Positions 46,181 through 55,742 of a stretch of DNA of 64,000 nucleotides are shown in pieces. How positions within the stretch are numbered: position 1 is the first letter of the stretch; each line of letters begins with the position of its first letter. The notes under the pieces are model-generated. The model was not told the DNA's origin, searched no databases, and was given only the letters and a program-made list of their open reading frames with translations. The stretch lies in assembly GCA_014238785.1 (NCBI GenBank), contig JABAAL010000006.1, positions 13,329 through 77,328 of the forward strand, in the 5' to 3' direction. The stretch is from Phycisphaerales bacterium. GTDB taxonomy: Bacteria > Planctomycetota > Phycisphaerae > Phycisphaerales > SM1A02. The translations under genes were made by a program, and so were the position numbers.

Positions 46181-47899
46181 CTACGCAGTCAACCGTACTA
46201 TTTCATCAAGCGTTGTTAGACCCTCGGCGACTTTTGCAAATCCATCATGTTGAAGATTTTTCATTCCTCGTTTAATTGCGAGATTTCTAAACGAGGTTAT
46301 TGTTGGGTTGCTTGCAATTGCATCTCTAAGTTCATCGTTCATAATGAGTAGTTCATACACACCAATCCTTCCACTGTACCCACTGCCTCTACAAGACGAG
46401 CATCCAACTGCGTGTGGTATTTTCTCGCATTCATATCCTTCAAGCAGTAATGCTTCTTTATCATTCGGCTCTTTCATTTTCATACATTTCTTGCATACTT
46501 TTCTCGCAAGTCGTTGCGCAAGAACACCATTCACAGCTGAAGCTACAAGAAATGGTTCAATACCTATGTTTATGAGTCGGGTCAGCGAACTTGGTGCATC
46601 ATTAGTATGCAGCGTAGAAAGTACAAGATGTCCAGTCATCGCCGCTTGAATCGCAACACTTGCTGTTTCCATATCACGAATTTCGCCGAGGAGCACAACA
46701 TCAGGATCTTGGCGAAGCAATGCGCGCAATGCACGTGAAAATGTCATATCAATTTTATCGTGTACTTGAATTTGCGTAATTCCTGAAAGTTCATATTCAA
46801 CTGGATCTTCAACAGTAGAAATATTTAATCGTTCCCTATCCATTTCTTGCAACGAGGAATAAAGTGTTGTGGTTTTCCCACAGCCGGTTGGGCCAGTCAC
46901 TAAAATTATTCCATGTGGTGATGAAATTTCTTGTTTCCAAGAAGTAAGCGATTCTTCACGAAACCCCAATTCATTAAGTCTTATACGAATATTTCTGTCG
47001 TCTAACAAACGCATCACAACCTTTTCGCCTGTTGGCGTTGGCACGGTTGAGACACGAAGGTCAATCGGTCGGCCAAGAACTGTTGCACGAATTCGCCCAT
47101 CTTGCGGAAGTCTTCGTTCTGCGATATCGAGGTTTGCTAGTATTTTTATTCGACTTACTACTGATCCATGTAGATTCGTTGGTGATTCCATTAGGCTATG
47201 AAGGATGCCATCTATTCTAAACCGTATTTGAGAACGTTCATCTCCAGATTCAAAATGAACATCTGAAGCAGTTTCTCGAACGGCTCGAGTTATCATCTCT
47301 CCAACAAGTCTCACAACAGGAGAAGAACACGTGTCAGCTGCTTCTTCTTCTAAATCTACTACCTTTGTTGATTTCACTTTCGCATAAAAAGGATCATCAT
47401 CGTCAACGGAATCAAAAGACGAGGTCTTCGAAATTGTTTCTTTATCTAAATGTTCTAGAATTGAACGAATGTCTCTACGTGTTGATAACATTTGCCCAAC
47501 TTGTGAACCGATTTCAAGACGAATGGTATCTGTTAAAAATAGTTCATCAATTGAAATAGTCGCAAGGTAGTTTTTCTCATCAATACAGACTGGTATCACG
47601 GTATGTTCTTTGCACCATTCCAAACCGAGACGTTTAACTAATTCAAGAGAAACATCTTGCAGTTCGATTTTAGAAAAAGGAACGTTTGTAATATCAGCAA
47701 CTGCTCGTTGAACTGTTTCTTCGTCTAAGCCAGCATCAATCAAAATTGTTGAAATTGGGCGACCACTTGATTGATGTTGTAAACGGGTAACAAGATCCAA
47801 TCCTTCGTTATTCAAGAACTCTCGTTCCATCAATAAGTGAATGAGTTTTTGTGAATGCGACTCGACCGGTCGCAGTTCTGTTGAACCAAGGGGTTTCAT
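46181..47899 (-). CDS. pilB: Type IV pilus assembly / type II secretion ATPase (PilB/GspE family)
   Basis: N-terminal GspE_N-like domain, Walker A GPTGCGKTTT, VEDPVEY, DPDVVLLGEIRD, GHLVLSTLHTN, and a tetracysteine motif CKKC...CSSC. Confidence 0.92.
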   Translation of the reverse strand: MKPLGSTELRPVESHSQKLIHLLMEREFLNNEGLDLVTRLQHQSSGRPISTILIDAGLDEETVQRAVADITNVPFSKIELQDVSLELVKRLGLEWCKEHTVIPVCIDEKNYLATISIDELFLTDTIRLEIGSQVGQMLSTRRDIRSILEHLDKETISKTSSFDSVDDDDPFYAKVKSTKVVDLEEEAADTCSSPVVRLVGEMITRAVRETASDVHFESGDERSQIRFRIDGILHSLMESPTNLHGSVVSRIKILANLDIAERRLPQDGRIRATVLGRPIDLRVSTVPTPTGEKVVMRLLDDRNIRIRLNELGFREESLTSWKQEISSPHGIILVTGPTGCGKTTTLYSSLQEMDRERLNISTVEDPVEYELSGITQIQVHDKIDMTFSRALRALLRQDPDVVLLGEIRDMETASVAIQAAMTGHLVLSTLHTNDAPSSLTRLINIGIEPFLVASAVNGVLAQRLARKVCKKCMKMKEPNDKEALLLEGYECEKIPHAVGCSSCRGSGYSGRIGVYELLIMNDELRDAIASNPTITSFRNLAIKRGMKNLQHDGFAKVAEGLTTLDEIVRLTA

Positions 47900-48507
47900 G
47901 GAAGCCGATCTCCTGCTGCAAGTCGCGTGTCTCTTGACAAGTAAATAGTTCGTTTAATTTCTGGGCACTTATCCAGATGAAGCGTTGCAAAATCTGATCC
48001 TAGTTCAGATACAATCATCACAATCTCTCCGCCTCGAATTGAAATTTTGTCCCCGATTATATATATACGTCCATTTATATTCGCCAATGTCTTTCTTCCG
48101 GTCATGATTGATTGCAAATCAAGATGTCCAACAGCAAAGTTGGCGGCTGCATTTTGCTCTTGTACGCTCTCGTCCAGCGCGTGTTCCTGGTGAATCTCTC
48201 TCTCAAAACCGAAGGCGATGGTGGTTTGCAACTCTTTTTGCCACATTTCTGGCTGTGTAGTAAGTCTCTCTATGCACTGCAAAGATTCTCCAGTCCAAAT
48301 ATCAATCTTATCTGAAGTCTCTAAAACATTTTCCAAACTGTACACTTGTTCCATCAACAAACTGGACTCAAAATTGTTCGCTGATGCAGTTGATGGCACC
48401 AATATGCGCATTAAGGAAAGTTCAACTACTAGAACAGCACTTGCAAAAATAACAAATGTTGTAGCCACATCATACTTTTGTAGTAGTTGGTCAATTGCCT
48501 TTATCAT
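47896..48507 (-). CDS. PilP/GspC-like inner-membrane pilus assembly protein (putative)
   Basis: N-terminal TM helix. The C-terminal beta domain ANINGRIYIIGDKISIRGGEIVMIVSELGSDFATLHL resembles the PilP/GspC HR-domain pattern. Confidence 0.5.
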   Translation of the reverse strand: MIKAIDQLLQKYDVATTFVIFASAVLVVELSLMRILVPSTASANNFESSLLMEQVYSLENVLETSDKIDIWTGESLQCIERLTTQPEMWQKELQTTIAFGFEREIHQEHALDESVQEQNAAANFAVGHLDLQSIMTGRKTLANINGRIYIIGDKISIRGGEIVMIVSELGSDFATLHLDKCPEIKRTIYLSRDTRLAAGDRLP

Positions 48508-49037
48508 TTTTCGTCACCCTTCCCAAAAACGAGATGGATCACAAGTCGGGCTTCGACAGTTTCATCATCTAATCTATGGAGTGTTAATGTTTCAACTCTA
48601 GATAGCCGTGACATTTTTTCAAGATGTTGTAGTAATTTATAGACGCTGGAAAAACTTCCGCTCACATTAAAATCTACTGGAAGTACCTTATATTCGCCTT
48701 CATCTCGTTCGCCAGAAGTTGTAACTGCTTGCACAATTAGACCAAAAGATAAAGCGGCGTTAGATGCTGATTCCAACCATTGATCCGCCGTATGGAATTC
48801 TGGTATTCGTGCACAAGCTTTTTTGTTTGCCTTTTGAATAGCATCGGCAATCATTTTCATTTTTCGATATTGAGAATTTATTTCATCATAATTCTCTAAC
48901 TTACTTGTTCGGTCTTTTATTTCTTCTGCCACAAAACGTACTGCATCATTTGTTGGGCGATACGCAATTGCCCAAGCTGAAACAGGTACGCAAATCAGAA
49001 GCAGAATTAAAGAGAAGTATTTTGTTGGAATCTTCAT
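48504..49037 (-). CDS. pilO: PilO-like pilus assembly protein
   Basis: Single N-terminal TM helix, a coiled coil, then a ferredoxin-like C-terminus. It follows the pilN-like gene with a 4-nt overlap. Confidence 0.6.
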   Translation of the reverse strand: MKIPTKYFSLILLLICVPVSAWAIAYRPTNDAVRFVAEEIKDRTSKLENYDEINSQYRKMKMIADAIQKANKKACARIPEFHTADQWLESASNAALSFGLIVQAVTTSGERDEGEYKVLPVDFNVSGSFSSVYKLLQHLEKMSRLSRVETLTLHRLDDETVEARLVIHLVFGKGDEK

Positions 49038-49639
49038 TGCGCATCCACCATAGATAACTGGGCCAAAGAGTTTACCGACAATTGAATTGAAAGGTTTCTG
49101 CTCGTTCCATCTTCACCTAGATGTGCGTACATTAATGTGACGTCTGAAAAGCAAGTCGCTGATGTCAGATTATCTATGTACGAAGAAATGCTAGAATCAT
49201 TTGGCGCAACACCAAACAACATTATTGTTTCTGTGATGTCGGTTCCATCTTGCTCAGTAAATCGCCTGCGTGTCTCAAGTCGTACGTCATCAAGCCGCGT
49301 TTTCTCTGGGAGAGCTTGTGTTAATTCCCACAGTATTAATGAACGGGGTACTCTATCTGTAAACTGTTCTATCAATTTAATTCCATCAATTGCCTCTTGC
49401 AATTCTTTTTGAATGCGTACGTATGCATACACTCGTTTATTTGCATCATCCCACTTCGTTGCAACACTCTCTTTGTTTTTCAAAACACTTCGCCAACTCG
49501 ATAAGGTTGTTGCAAACGCAGTTGCTGTCGTGATCGAAACAATCGCAACAAGAAGTATGCCCAAGCGTACTACGCGACTATCCGCACGCTTCTGATGCCA
49601 TGATGGATTTATAAAATCATCAAATGGGTGTTTTATCAT
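49034..49639 (-). CDS. pilN: PilN-like pilus assembly protein
   Basis: Short cytoplasmic N-terminus, TM helix (LGILLVAIVSITTATAF) and a periplasmic domain. The ATG at 49639 overlaps the pilM stop (ATGA). The longer 49726 extension is rejected. Confidence 0.6.
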   Translation of the reverse strand: MIKHPFDDFINPSWHQKRADSRVVRLGILLVAIVSITTATAFATTLSSWRSVLKNKESVATKWDDANKRVYAYVRIQKELQEAIDGIKLIEQFTDRVPRSLILWELTQALPEKTRLDDVRLETRRRFTEQDGTDITETIMLFGVAPNDSSISSYIDNLTSATCFSDVTLMYAHLGEDGTSRNLSIQLSVNSLAQLSMVDAQ

Positions 49640-50703
49640 GCTGCTTCCTCTGCATATCTCATGCAAATACCTGCTGAAGTTGTCCAAGCTGGGTTCGATA
49701 CGTAATCTTTTGCATCTTCTATCCATGCAGATGGATCAGAAACGTAGCCAGCAATTCCAAGATTCGACGCAATTGCTGAACATTTTTCAGTGTTGATTGC
49801 ACCTTGACCAGTGAAAATCACGCGATCAACTGCTCGTTCTGGAAATAGTGCGCCGTGATGTCGTAAACAACGCTCCAGTTCAGCAGTAAGTTTTTCTTCT
49901 ATTGATTCTTTTGAATATTGAACACCGATGAGACCCCGTGGTTCATTTTCGCCTCTTCGTTCAAATTCATTTTCAACTTGTGCAGTTGCAATTGGTCTTA
50001 GCGATTGCGTTACATCTTGCTTTGCCTCAGCTTCTTTATTTTCTGTCTTATGCACTGAGTCAAATCGATGTGCAAAAACGCAATTTGCTCCATGTGCAAT
50101 CATCACTACCGAGGAATCTTCATCCATATCTATAAGCAGTGATGTGATTTTTTCATCCCCATCACGTCTATACAGTTGATCAAATGCACGAATTGATGCA
50201 TACAAAGGTACGGTTACTGCTAAAACTTCGCCACCTGCCTCATTAATAATAGAAATAGTTTCCATAATTTTTTCTGCATCAATACCAACACATAGCATTT
50301 CTTGTCGTGGATTCCCTGAACTTCCAGTCGTTGTAATACTGGTATGACGAATTTCAGCACCAGCCCATTGTTTGTCGTGTTGCATGAGACTATTTCGGAT
50401 TTCATTTTCATCCGCATCAATCGGGACACGTACATGCTGTACTAATACCTCAGATGATGCGATACTAACAACACATTTCTTGCCATTAAATGAAGAAAGA
50501 GCTACTTTAATTGCTCCGCTGTCTGACGATACAACTTCAACAGCAGATTGTAGATGCCGATCTTTTGTACCACGAATCTGCATCATTCGTATAGCATCGC
50601 TACCCAAGTGAATCGCTATCGGTTGTGAATTAAAACTATTTGTTAACCAACGTAATGCCATGCCCTGAGGATTCGGCAATTGCGCTGCCGTTCTAAACCG
50701 CAA
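49636..50703 (-). CDS. pilM: PilM-like actin-fold pilus assembly ATPase
   Basis: 355 aa. The size, the cluster position and a GIDAE/actin-like segment are consistent with PilM. Conservation is weak by eye. Confidence 0.65.
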   Translation of the reverse strand: MRFRTAAQLPNPQGMALRWLTNSFNSQPIAIHLGSDAIRMMQIRGTKDRHLQSAVEVVSSDSGAIKVALSSFNGKKCVVSIASSEVLVQHVRVPIDADENEIRNSLMQHDKQWAGAEIRHTSITTTGSSGNPRQEMLCVGIDAEKIMETISIINEAGGEVLAVTVPLYASIRAFDQLYRRDGDEKITSLLIDMDEDSSVVMIAHGANCVFAHRFDSVHKTENKEAEAKQDVTQSLRPIATAQVENEFERRGENEPRGLIGVQYSKESIEEKLTAELERCLRHHGALFPERAVDRVIFTGQGAINTEKCSAIASNLGIAGYVSDPSAWIEDAKDYVSNPAWTTSAGICMRYAEEAA

Positions 50704-50760
50704 GTAAGAAGTTTGGTAGGAATGGGTGGGTTAGAGGGGTCACGCAACTGGATAAACGGT

Positions 50761-52317
50761 TCATCTGATAAAGCGGACGCGACCAAAGTCTGGAATAATC
50801 GGAAGTGGACCGAGTTTATTTACCGCTGGCCAATACACACTCCAAGCTTTTCCAATGAGTAAATTTCTATGCACGACAAATGGCGAGTCATCAAATTGGG
50901 CTGCAACAAATTGATCTGGATTTCCCCAGAGTCTTCCGTCAAGGGAGTAGGCACTGTTATCGCCTGCCATCATGAATTGGTCTTCATGCAATACCGCCAA
51001 CTTGTCCGGATGCGTTCCAAAGGCGGGCGAGCCGATTTCAACAATTTTTTCATTTCCTGCACTTGTTGGATTTTTTGTTGCTCGAGACGCCAACCGTGAA
51101 CTTCGATAATACAAATCATGATCAACCTGAAGGCGGGTAATGTTCAATGGAGAACCCTCAAATTGCCAAATAAGTTTTGCTGGCTTTCCTCCCCTTCCAG
51201 CAATGTCTTCGATTGGAACACTCGGGCCTGATCCAGTTGCTAGTCGTAATCGCTGCTCCGGACCAAAATCGTACAAGAGTTCTCCCACCTTCTCTCCATT
51301 GAGATACATGGACATCATCTGATCCGCGTGCCAAAATTCGGCTCTCAGCGGTTCACCCGCCTCGAAACCTTTACATGGTATCTCTACGTTTTGTATTAGA
51401 TCGCCACTGATACTCGACAACACTAACGATGCGCTGTTCGATGAAAGTAACCATGCAAAACGCATGCCATTTGCTTCCAGTGTAAAGCCTGCGGTTAATG
51501 TATTAGCTTCAGGGGTTAAGGTTGCACTTACTCGAATATCTGACATCGGTTCTTGCCGTACAACCGGCATAAGCATGTTGTAAGGAATCCAATCGTCAAT
51601 TAAGATTTTATTTTGATCCCATTCAAGTGTACTTAGTTCTGATGAGCCGCAAGACCAAATTCGATTGGCAAAAGTCCAAGAACTATTTGGGTTGCCTTTC
51701 CAAGGAGGGGACCATGATCTTGTTAAACTTAAAGCATCCGTTGGTATGGCATCGCTATTTGAAACTGTACTCCACAGAGATTTTTGGATGTATTCTGGCT
51801 TTCGTTGAATAGAAAACGGAGCATTGCCTCTCTTTGCAAAAATATCTCCATCGGCAATCCATAATGTTTCTCCGGGTAGCCCGATGAGTCTCTTTATATA
51901 ATTCGCTGACTGCCCTTGTGTATCGGTTGGGTTTTTAAATACAACGACATCGTACCTTTCAGGATCAAAAAAAGGAAACAGTGTTTTCAAAACAACTACA
52001 CGGTCGCCGCCACGTGGTTGTATTTTTTTTGCCTGTGATCTCGAAAGAGGAATATTTCGACCTAATAGAGGATCAGAAAACCGGTCGGGTGATGTTGATC
52101 TTCGAGCATCAAAGCCAACTGAAAAATCTTGCCCAGTCTGGTCGCTGTGCATCAGAAGATGTTGCCCAAGTAATGTTGGTGCCATGGATCCAGTAGGGAT
52201 AACAAACCCTTCCACAACAAAACCACGAAAAACCATTGCTAAAACAAATGCTACAACAAGCGATTGGAGTGTTTCTATGGCGCTAGATTGACTTTTTCTT
52301 TCAGTTGAAGTCATCAA
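50761..52317 (-). CDS. lepB: Signal peptidase I (S26 family, long form)
   Basis: N-terminal TM helix, catalytic Ser box IPTGSMAPTL, Lys box YIKRLIGLPGE, GDNSAYSLDGRLWG. A large insertion separates the boxes. Confidence 0.88.
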   Translation of the reverse strand: MMTSTERKSQSSAIETLQSLVVAFVLAMVFRGFVVEGFVIPTGSMAPTLLGQHLLMHSDQTGQDFSVGFDARRSTSPDRFSDPLLGRNIPLSRSQAKKIQPRGGDRVVVLKTLFPFFDPERYDVVVFKNPTDTQGQSANYIKRLIGLPGETLWIADGDIFAKRGNAPFSIQRKPEYIQKSLWSTVSNSDAIPTDALSLTRSWSPPWKGNPNSSWTFANRIWSCGSSELSTLEWDQNKILIDDWIPYNMLMPVVRQEPMSDIRVSATLTPEANTLTAGFTLEANGMRFAWLLSSNSASLVLSSISGDLIQNVEIPCKGFEAGEPLRAEFWHADQMMSMYLNGEKVGELLYDFGPEQRLRLATGSGPSVPIEDIAGRGGKPAKLIWQFEGSPLNITRLQVDHDLYYRSSRLASRATKNPTSAGNEKIVEIGSPAFGTHPDKLAVLHEDQFMMAGDNSAYSLDGRLWGNPDQFVAAQFDDSPFVVHRNLLIGKAWSVYWPAVNKLGPLPIIPDFGRVRFIR

Positions 52318-53471
52318 TTATTTTGTTCAGGGTTTCCAGAGTTCTTTTTTTTAGGCCGTCTCCGTCGACGTTTTTTCTTCTTTGCACCTTCAACTTGCAG
52401 CTTCTCTCCTGAGCTAACCTCAGTTTTTTCCTTTTTCCCACGGTTACGATTCCGTTTTCGCTTCGGTTTGGGTTCCTCTGGCACGTGAACCTCTTCCCAA
52501 GGACGCGGGCAAGTTTCAGGATCTAACAACTCCTCTATCGGAACTGCAATCCTTCTTCTATCGTGTTCCAATTCAACCATTACTAATTGGGTTAGAATTT
52601 TTCCATCAATCACAATGCCAGGACCCTCAGCGGTTCCAACTCGAGTCTTTTTGTGAGGCAAATTCTTCTTCAAGTCCCGGTATGTTTGATCTTCATAACG
52701 GAGGCAGCACATGAGTCGACCACACCGTCCGGAAATTTTCTTCGGATCAAGTGTTTGTTTTTGTTGTTTCGCTGTGCGCATTGACACAGGAGAAAGAACT
52801 TTCAGAAAACCTTTGCAACAACAGTGTTGGCCACATTTTTCATAATCTGCTACAAGCCGCGACTCATCTCTTGCGCCAACTTGTCGCATTTCTATACGAG
52901 TTGAATATTTAGATGCTAGATCAGCAACTAAACTTCGAAAATCTACTCTGTCTTCGCTTAAATAATAAAAGGTTAAGAGTTCCTCGCCCAAGACAGGTTC
53001 AACATCGACAATTTTCATTGCTAAGCGGTGCTCTTCAACCATTGCCCTGGAACTTCGTACTTGCTCATCTATTCGACCACGCAAGGTGTCCATTCTTGAC
53101 AAATCGTCGGTTGTTGCAATTCGCAAAACTCGTCCATTTGTATGAAAGGGAAAATCTTTTCCGCCCGAATTATCGATATACTCAAGCATTTCTTTTCGAC
53201 TAATTGATTTGCCGCATCCTGAATTGGAACACGTCGTTGTCAACATCTCAACAAGCTCTGTTCCTCGGTGTGTTCTGGCTACTAACTTAGAACCACAGCC
53301 CGCCTTGATTCCGCCCGCTTGTTTATATTCGCCAATTAACTTAAGAGCACCAAACTTAACGACCATTGTCTCGGGTGCTTCTAACTTTTCAAATTGTTCT
53401 TCGAGAGTAAGTGCATCTCGTCTAGATGGATCTGCATCTTCTTCAAAGACTGGTAGTGGAACTATTTGCAT
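52314..53471 (-). CDS. PSP1 domain protein (RicT/YaaT-like) with highly basic C-terminal tail
   Basis: Cys-rich PSP1 core (KCGQHCCCKGFL, GRCGRLMCCLRYE). Tail KPKRKRNRNRGKKEK...KKKKRRRRRPKKK. Confidence 0.85.
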   Translation of the reverse strand: MQIVPLPVFEEDADPSRRDALTLEEQFEKLEAPETMVVKFGALKLIGEYKQAGGIKAGCGSKLVARTHRGTELVEMLTTTCSNSGCGKSISRKEMLEYIDNSGGKDFPFHTNGRVLRIATTDDLSRMDTLRGRIDEQVRSSRAMVEEHRLAMKIVDVEPVLGEELLTFYYLSEDRVDFRSLVADLASKYSTRIEMRQVGARDESRLVADYEKCGQHCCCKGFLKVLSPVSMRTAKQQKQTLDPKKISGRCGRLMCCLRYEDQTYRDLKKNLPHKKTRVGTAEGPGIVIDGKILTQLVMVELEHDRRRIAVPIEELLDPETCPRPWEEVHVPEEPKPKRKRNRNRGKKEKTEVSSGEKLQVEGAKKKKRRRRRPKKKNSGNPEQNN

Positions 53472-53506
53472 GGTTAACTTCTATCGCGTAAAAGCATGAC
53501 AAACAA

Positions 53507-55039
53507 TTACTCGGTGTCATGCATAATTTCTATGTCGTCAGGAGGGTTAATAGTACCATCATCATCCTGACCTGAAGATGGGCTGATACGCGAGATCTTC
53601 TCAATTGTATCTTCTTTTACCCCGTGTTTTAACTCATGAAGAGATTTTCGCTTCCGTTTTGTGAATAAAAGTCGAATTGGGATTTCGCTATATGGCAATT
53701 CTTCCCTGATACGATTCATAAGATAGCGTTCATATTGGCCTTCAAACATCGCTGGTTCATTCACTACCATTGCAATTGTTGGGGGTTTTACGGCAATCTG
53801 TGAAACATAGAGTAATTTAGCTATCGTCCCAAGGCGAGATGAGGGGCCACGGTCCTGCAAAATCAATTTGATGACCGAATTGAGTTTTCCGGTTGTCTCT
53901 CGGTGTTCTGACTGCTCCTTCAAATTAAATGCCATGGAAACCGCACCATCGATACCTTTTCCTTCAGCCGCACTAATAAACACGATTGGGGCAAAATCTA
54001 AGCCACGAAGTTCTTTTGTGATGTAGTCGAGATAATCTTCTGGAGTAACAGACTCGTCCACAAGGTCCCATTTGTTAACGACAATAACTGTAGGTTTGAA
54101 CTGGCGTTGTAATTCCATCGCCAATTTCTTATCTACTTGTGAAATTCGATCCGTTGCATCAACAAGAAGTAAAGTGACATCCGCTCGTCGAATGGATTGC
54201 AACATTCGCCTGTACGCATAATACTCTATGTCATCTGCAAAACTTTTTTGTTTACGAACACCTGCTGTATCAATCGCGGTGAATGTTCTGCCATCTATTT
54301 CAAATGCAACGTCAATCGAGTCGCGGGTTGTGCCAGCAATCTCCGAAACAATTACTCTATTTTCGCCTGCAAGTGCGTTTGTCAACGATGATTTTCCCGC
54401 GTTTCGTTTTCCAATAATCGCAAGTTTCATATCCGAATCTTCTTCTCGATCTCCGGTTAAACCTTCAAGCCTTTCCCAAAGAATATCTGTGAAATAACGA
54501 ATCCCATGCCCACTTGTCGAGGATATACAAATTGCTTCCCCAAGTCCAAGAGCCGCCGCTTCGTGGCCATGCGCCTCCCAAGTTCGTGAGTCAACTTTAT
54601 TTGCAACTACAATCACACGGTTGCTAGCACCTGATTTACGAAGCATCTCGGCAACCGTTTCATCAAGATGTGTAATTCCCGCTTGCGCGTCAACAAGATA
54701 AATAATCAAATCAGAGTTATCCATCGCCTCTTTAATTTGAGATTCGATATCTTCTGTTAAATCCCGAAGGTCTTTACCAGCGTCATCAATATGATCGCCA
54801 TCGACAACATAAACACCCCAACCGCCTGTATCGTGGATTTCCGCAAGGCGGGATTCAGTGCCCTTGAGAGTTCTTGATGGGGGATCAACTTCGATGACGG
54901 CGCTCACCCTATCCCTTGTTACCCCAGGCGTAGGATCAACAATTGAAACCCTCCGCCTTGCTAGGCGGTTTAACAAGCTAGATTTGCCTACATTAGGCCT
55001 TCCGACAATGGCTACTCTTGGTAAAGACATTCCGACCAT
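53507..55039 (-). CDS. der: Ribosome-associated GTPase Der/EngA (double G domain)
   Basis: Two G domains (GRPNVGKSSL, DTGG; GKRNAGKSSL, DTAG, NKWD) plus a KH-like C-terminus. Confidence 0.93.
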   Translation of the reverse strand: MVGMSLPRVAIVGRPNVGKSSLLNRLARRRVSIVDPTPGVTRDRVSAVIEVDPPSRTLKGTESRLAEIHDTGGWGVYVVDGDHIDDAGKDLRDLTEDIESQIKEAMDNSDLIIYLVDAQAGITHLDETVAEMLRKSGASNRVIVVANKVDSRTWEAHGHEAAALGLGEAICISSTSGHGIRYFTDILWERLEGLTGDREEDSDMKLAIIGKRNAGKSSLTNALAGENRVIVSEIAGTTRDSIDVAFEIDGRTFTAIDTAGVRKQKSFADDIEYYAYRRMLQSIRRADVTLLLVDATDRISQVDKKLAMELQRQFKPTVIVVNKWDLVDESVTPEDYLDYITKELRGLDFAPIVFISAAEGKGIDGAVSMAFNLKEQSEHRETTGKLNSVIKLILQDRGPSSRLGTIAKLLYVSQIAVKPPTIAMVVNEPAMFEGQYERYLMNRIREELPYSEIPIRLLFTKRKRKSLHELKHGVKEDTIEKISRISPSSGQDDDGTINPPDDIEIMHDTE

Positions 55040-55145
55040 TGTACCTTAATCTCAACTTCGCCCCTGAGTTTCGGTGTCTGACACCGAGTGTTTGACATCG
55101 GGTTCAAGATACCAATATTCTTGTGGGAAACGATATAATCGCCTT

Positions 55146-55742
55146 ATGGTTGAGCAAGAACAAGGATTGCTAGTGGTAATTTCTGGACCCTCTGGGGTTG
55201 GCAAAACAACAATAGTTCACCGTGTTCGTGATTACTTTAATGCTATTTTTAGCGTATCGGCAACCACAAGACCTAAAAGTAATCGAGAAATTGATGGTGT
55301 AGATTATTTTTTCATAACGCCCAGCGCGTTCGAGCAAAAAGTAAATGATAATTATTTTCTAGAACACGCAGAAGTTTTTGGCTGTCATCGCTACGGAACA
55401 CTTCGCGCGCCAGTTAAAGATACACTTGCTATTGGTAAAATCATGCTTCTTGACATCGACGTTCAAGGCGGGATGCAGATTCGTGACAACATGCCACAAT
55501 CCGTCAGAATCTTCATTCTCCCTCCAAGTGAAGAAGAGTTGCTACGCCGCCTCGAAGCCCGAGGCAGAGAAGATGAAGATTCCATACAACGACGGTTTCA
55601 AGAAGCTAAGCAAGAAATAAAACTTTCGCAGGAAAGTGGTGCTTATCAATATTTCATTACAAACGATGATTTAGAACTTGCTGTTGCTGAAACTATTGCG
55701 ATTATCCAAAAAACGCGTAGCAATTTAGCTGCATCGCCATGA
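55146..55742 (+). CDS. gmk: Guanylate kinase
   Basis: LLVVISGPSGVGKTT, SATTRPKSNREIDGVDYFF, YGT. The ATG at 55146 is preferred over 55074. Confidence 0.92.
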   Translation: MVEQEQGLLVVISGPSGVGKTTIVHRVRDYFNAIFSVSATTRPKSNREIDGVDYFFITPSAFEQKVNDNYFLEHAEVFGCHRYGTLRAPVKDTLAIGKIMLLDIDVQGGMQIRDNMPQSVRIFILPPSEEELLRRLEARGREDEDSIQRRFQEAKQEIKLSQESGAYQYFITNDDLELAVAETIAIIQKTRSNLAASP

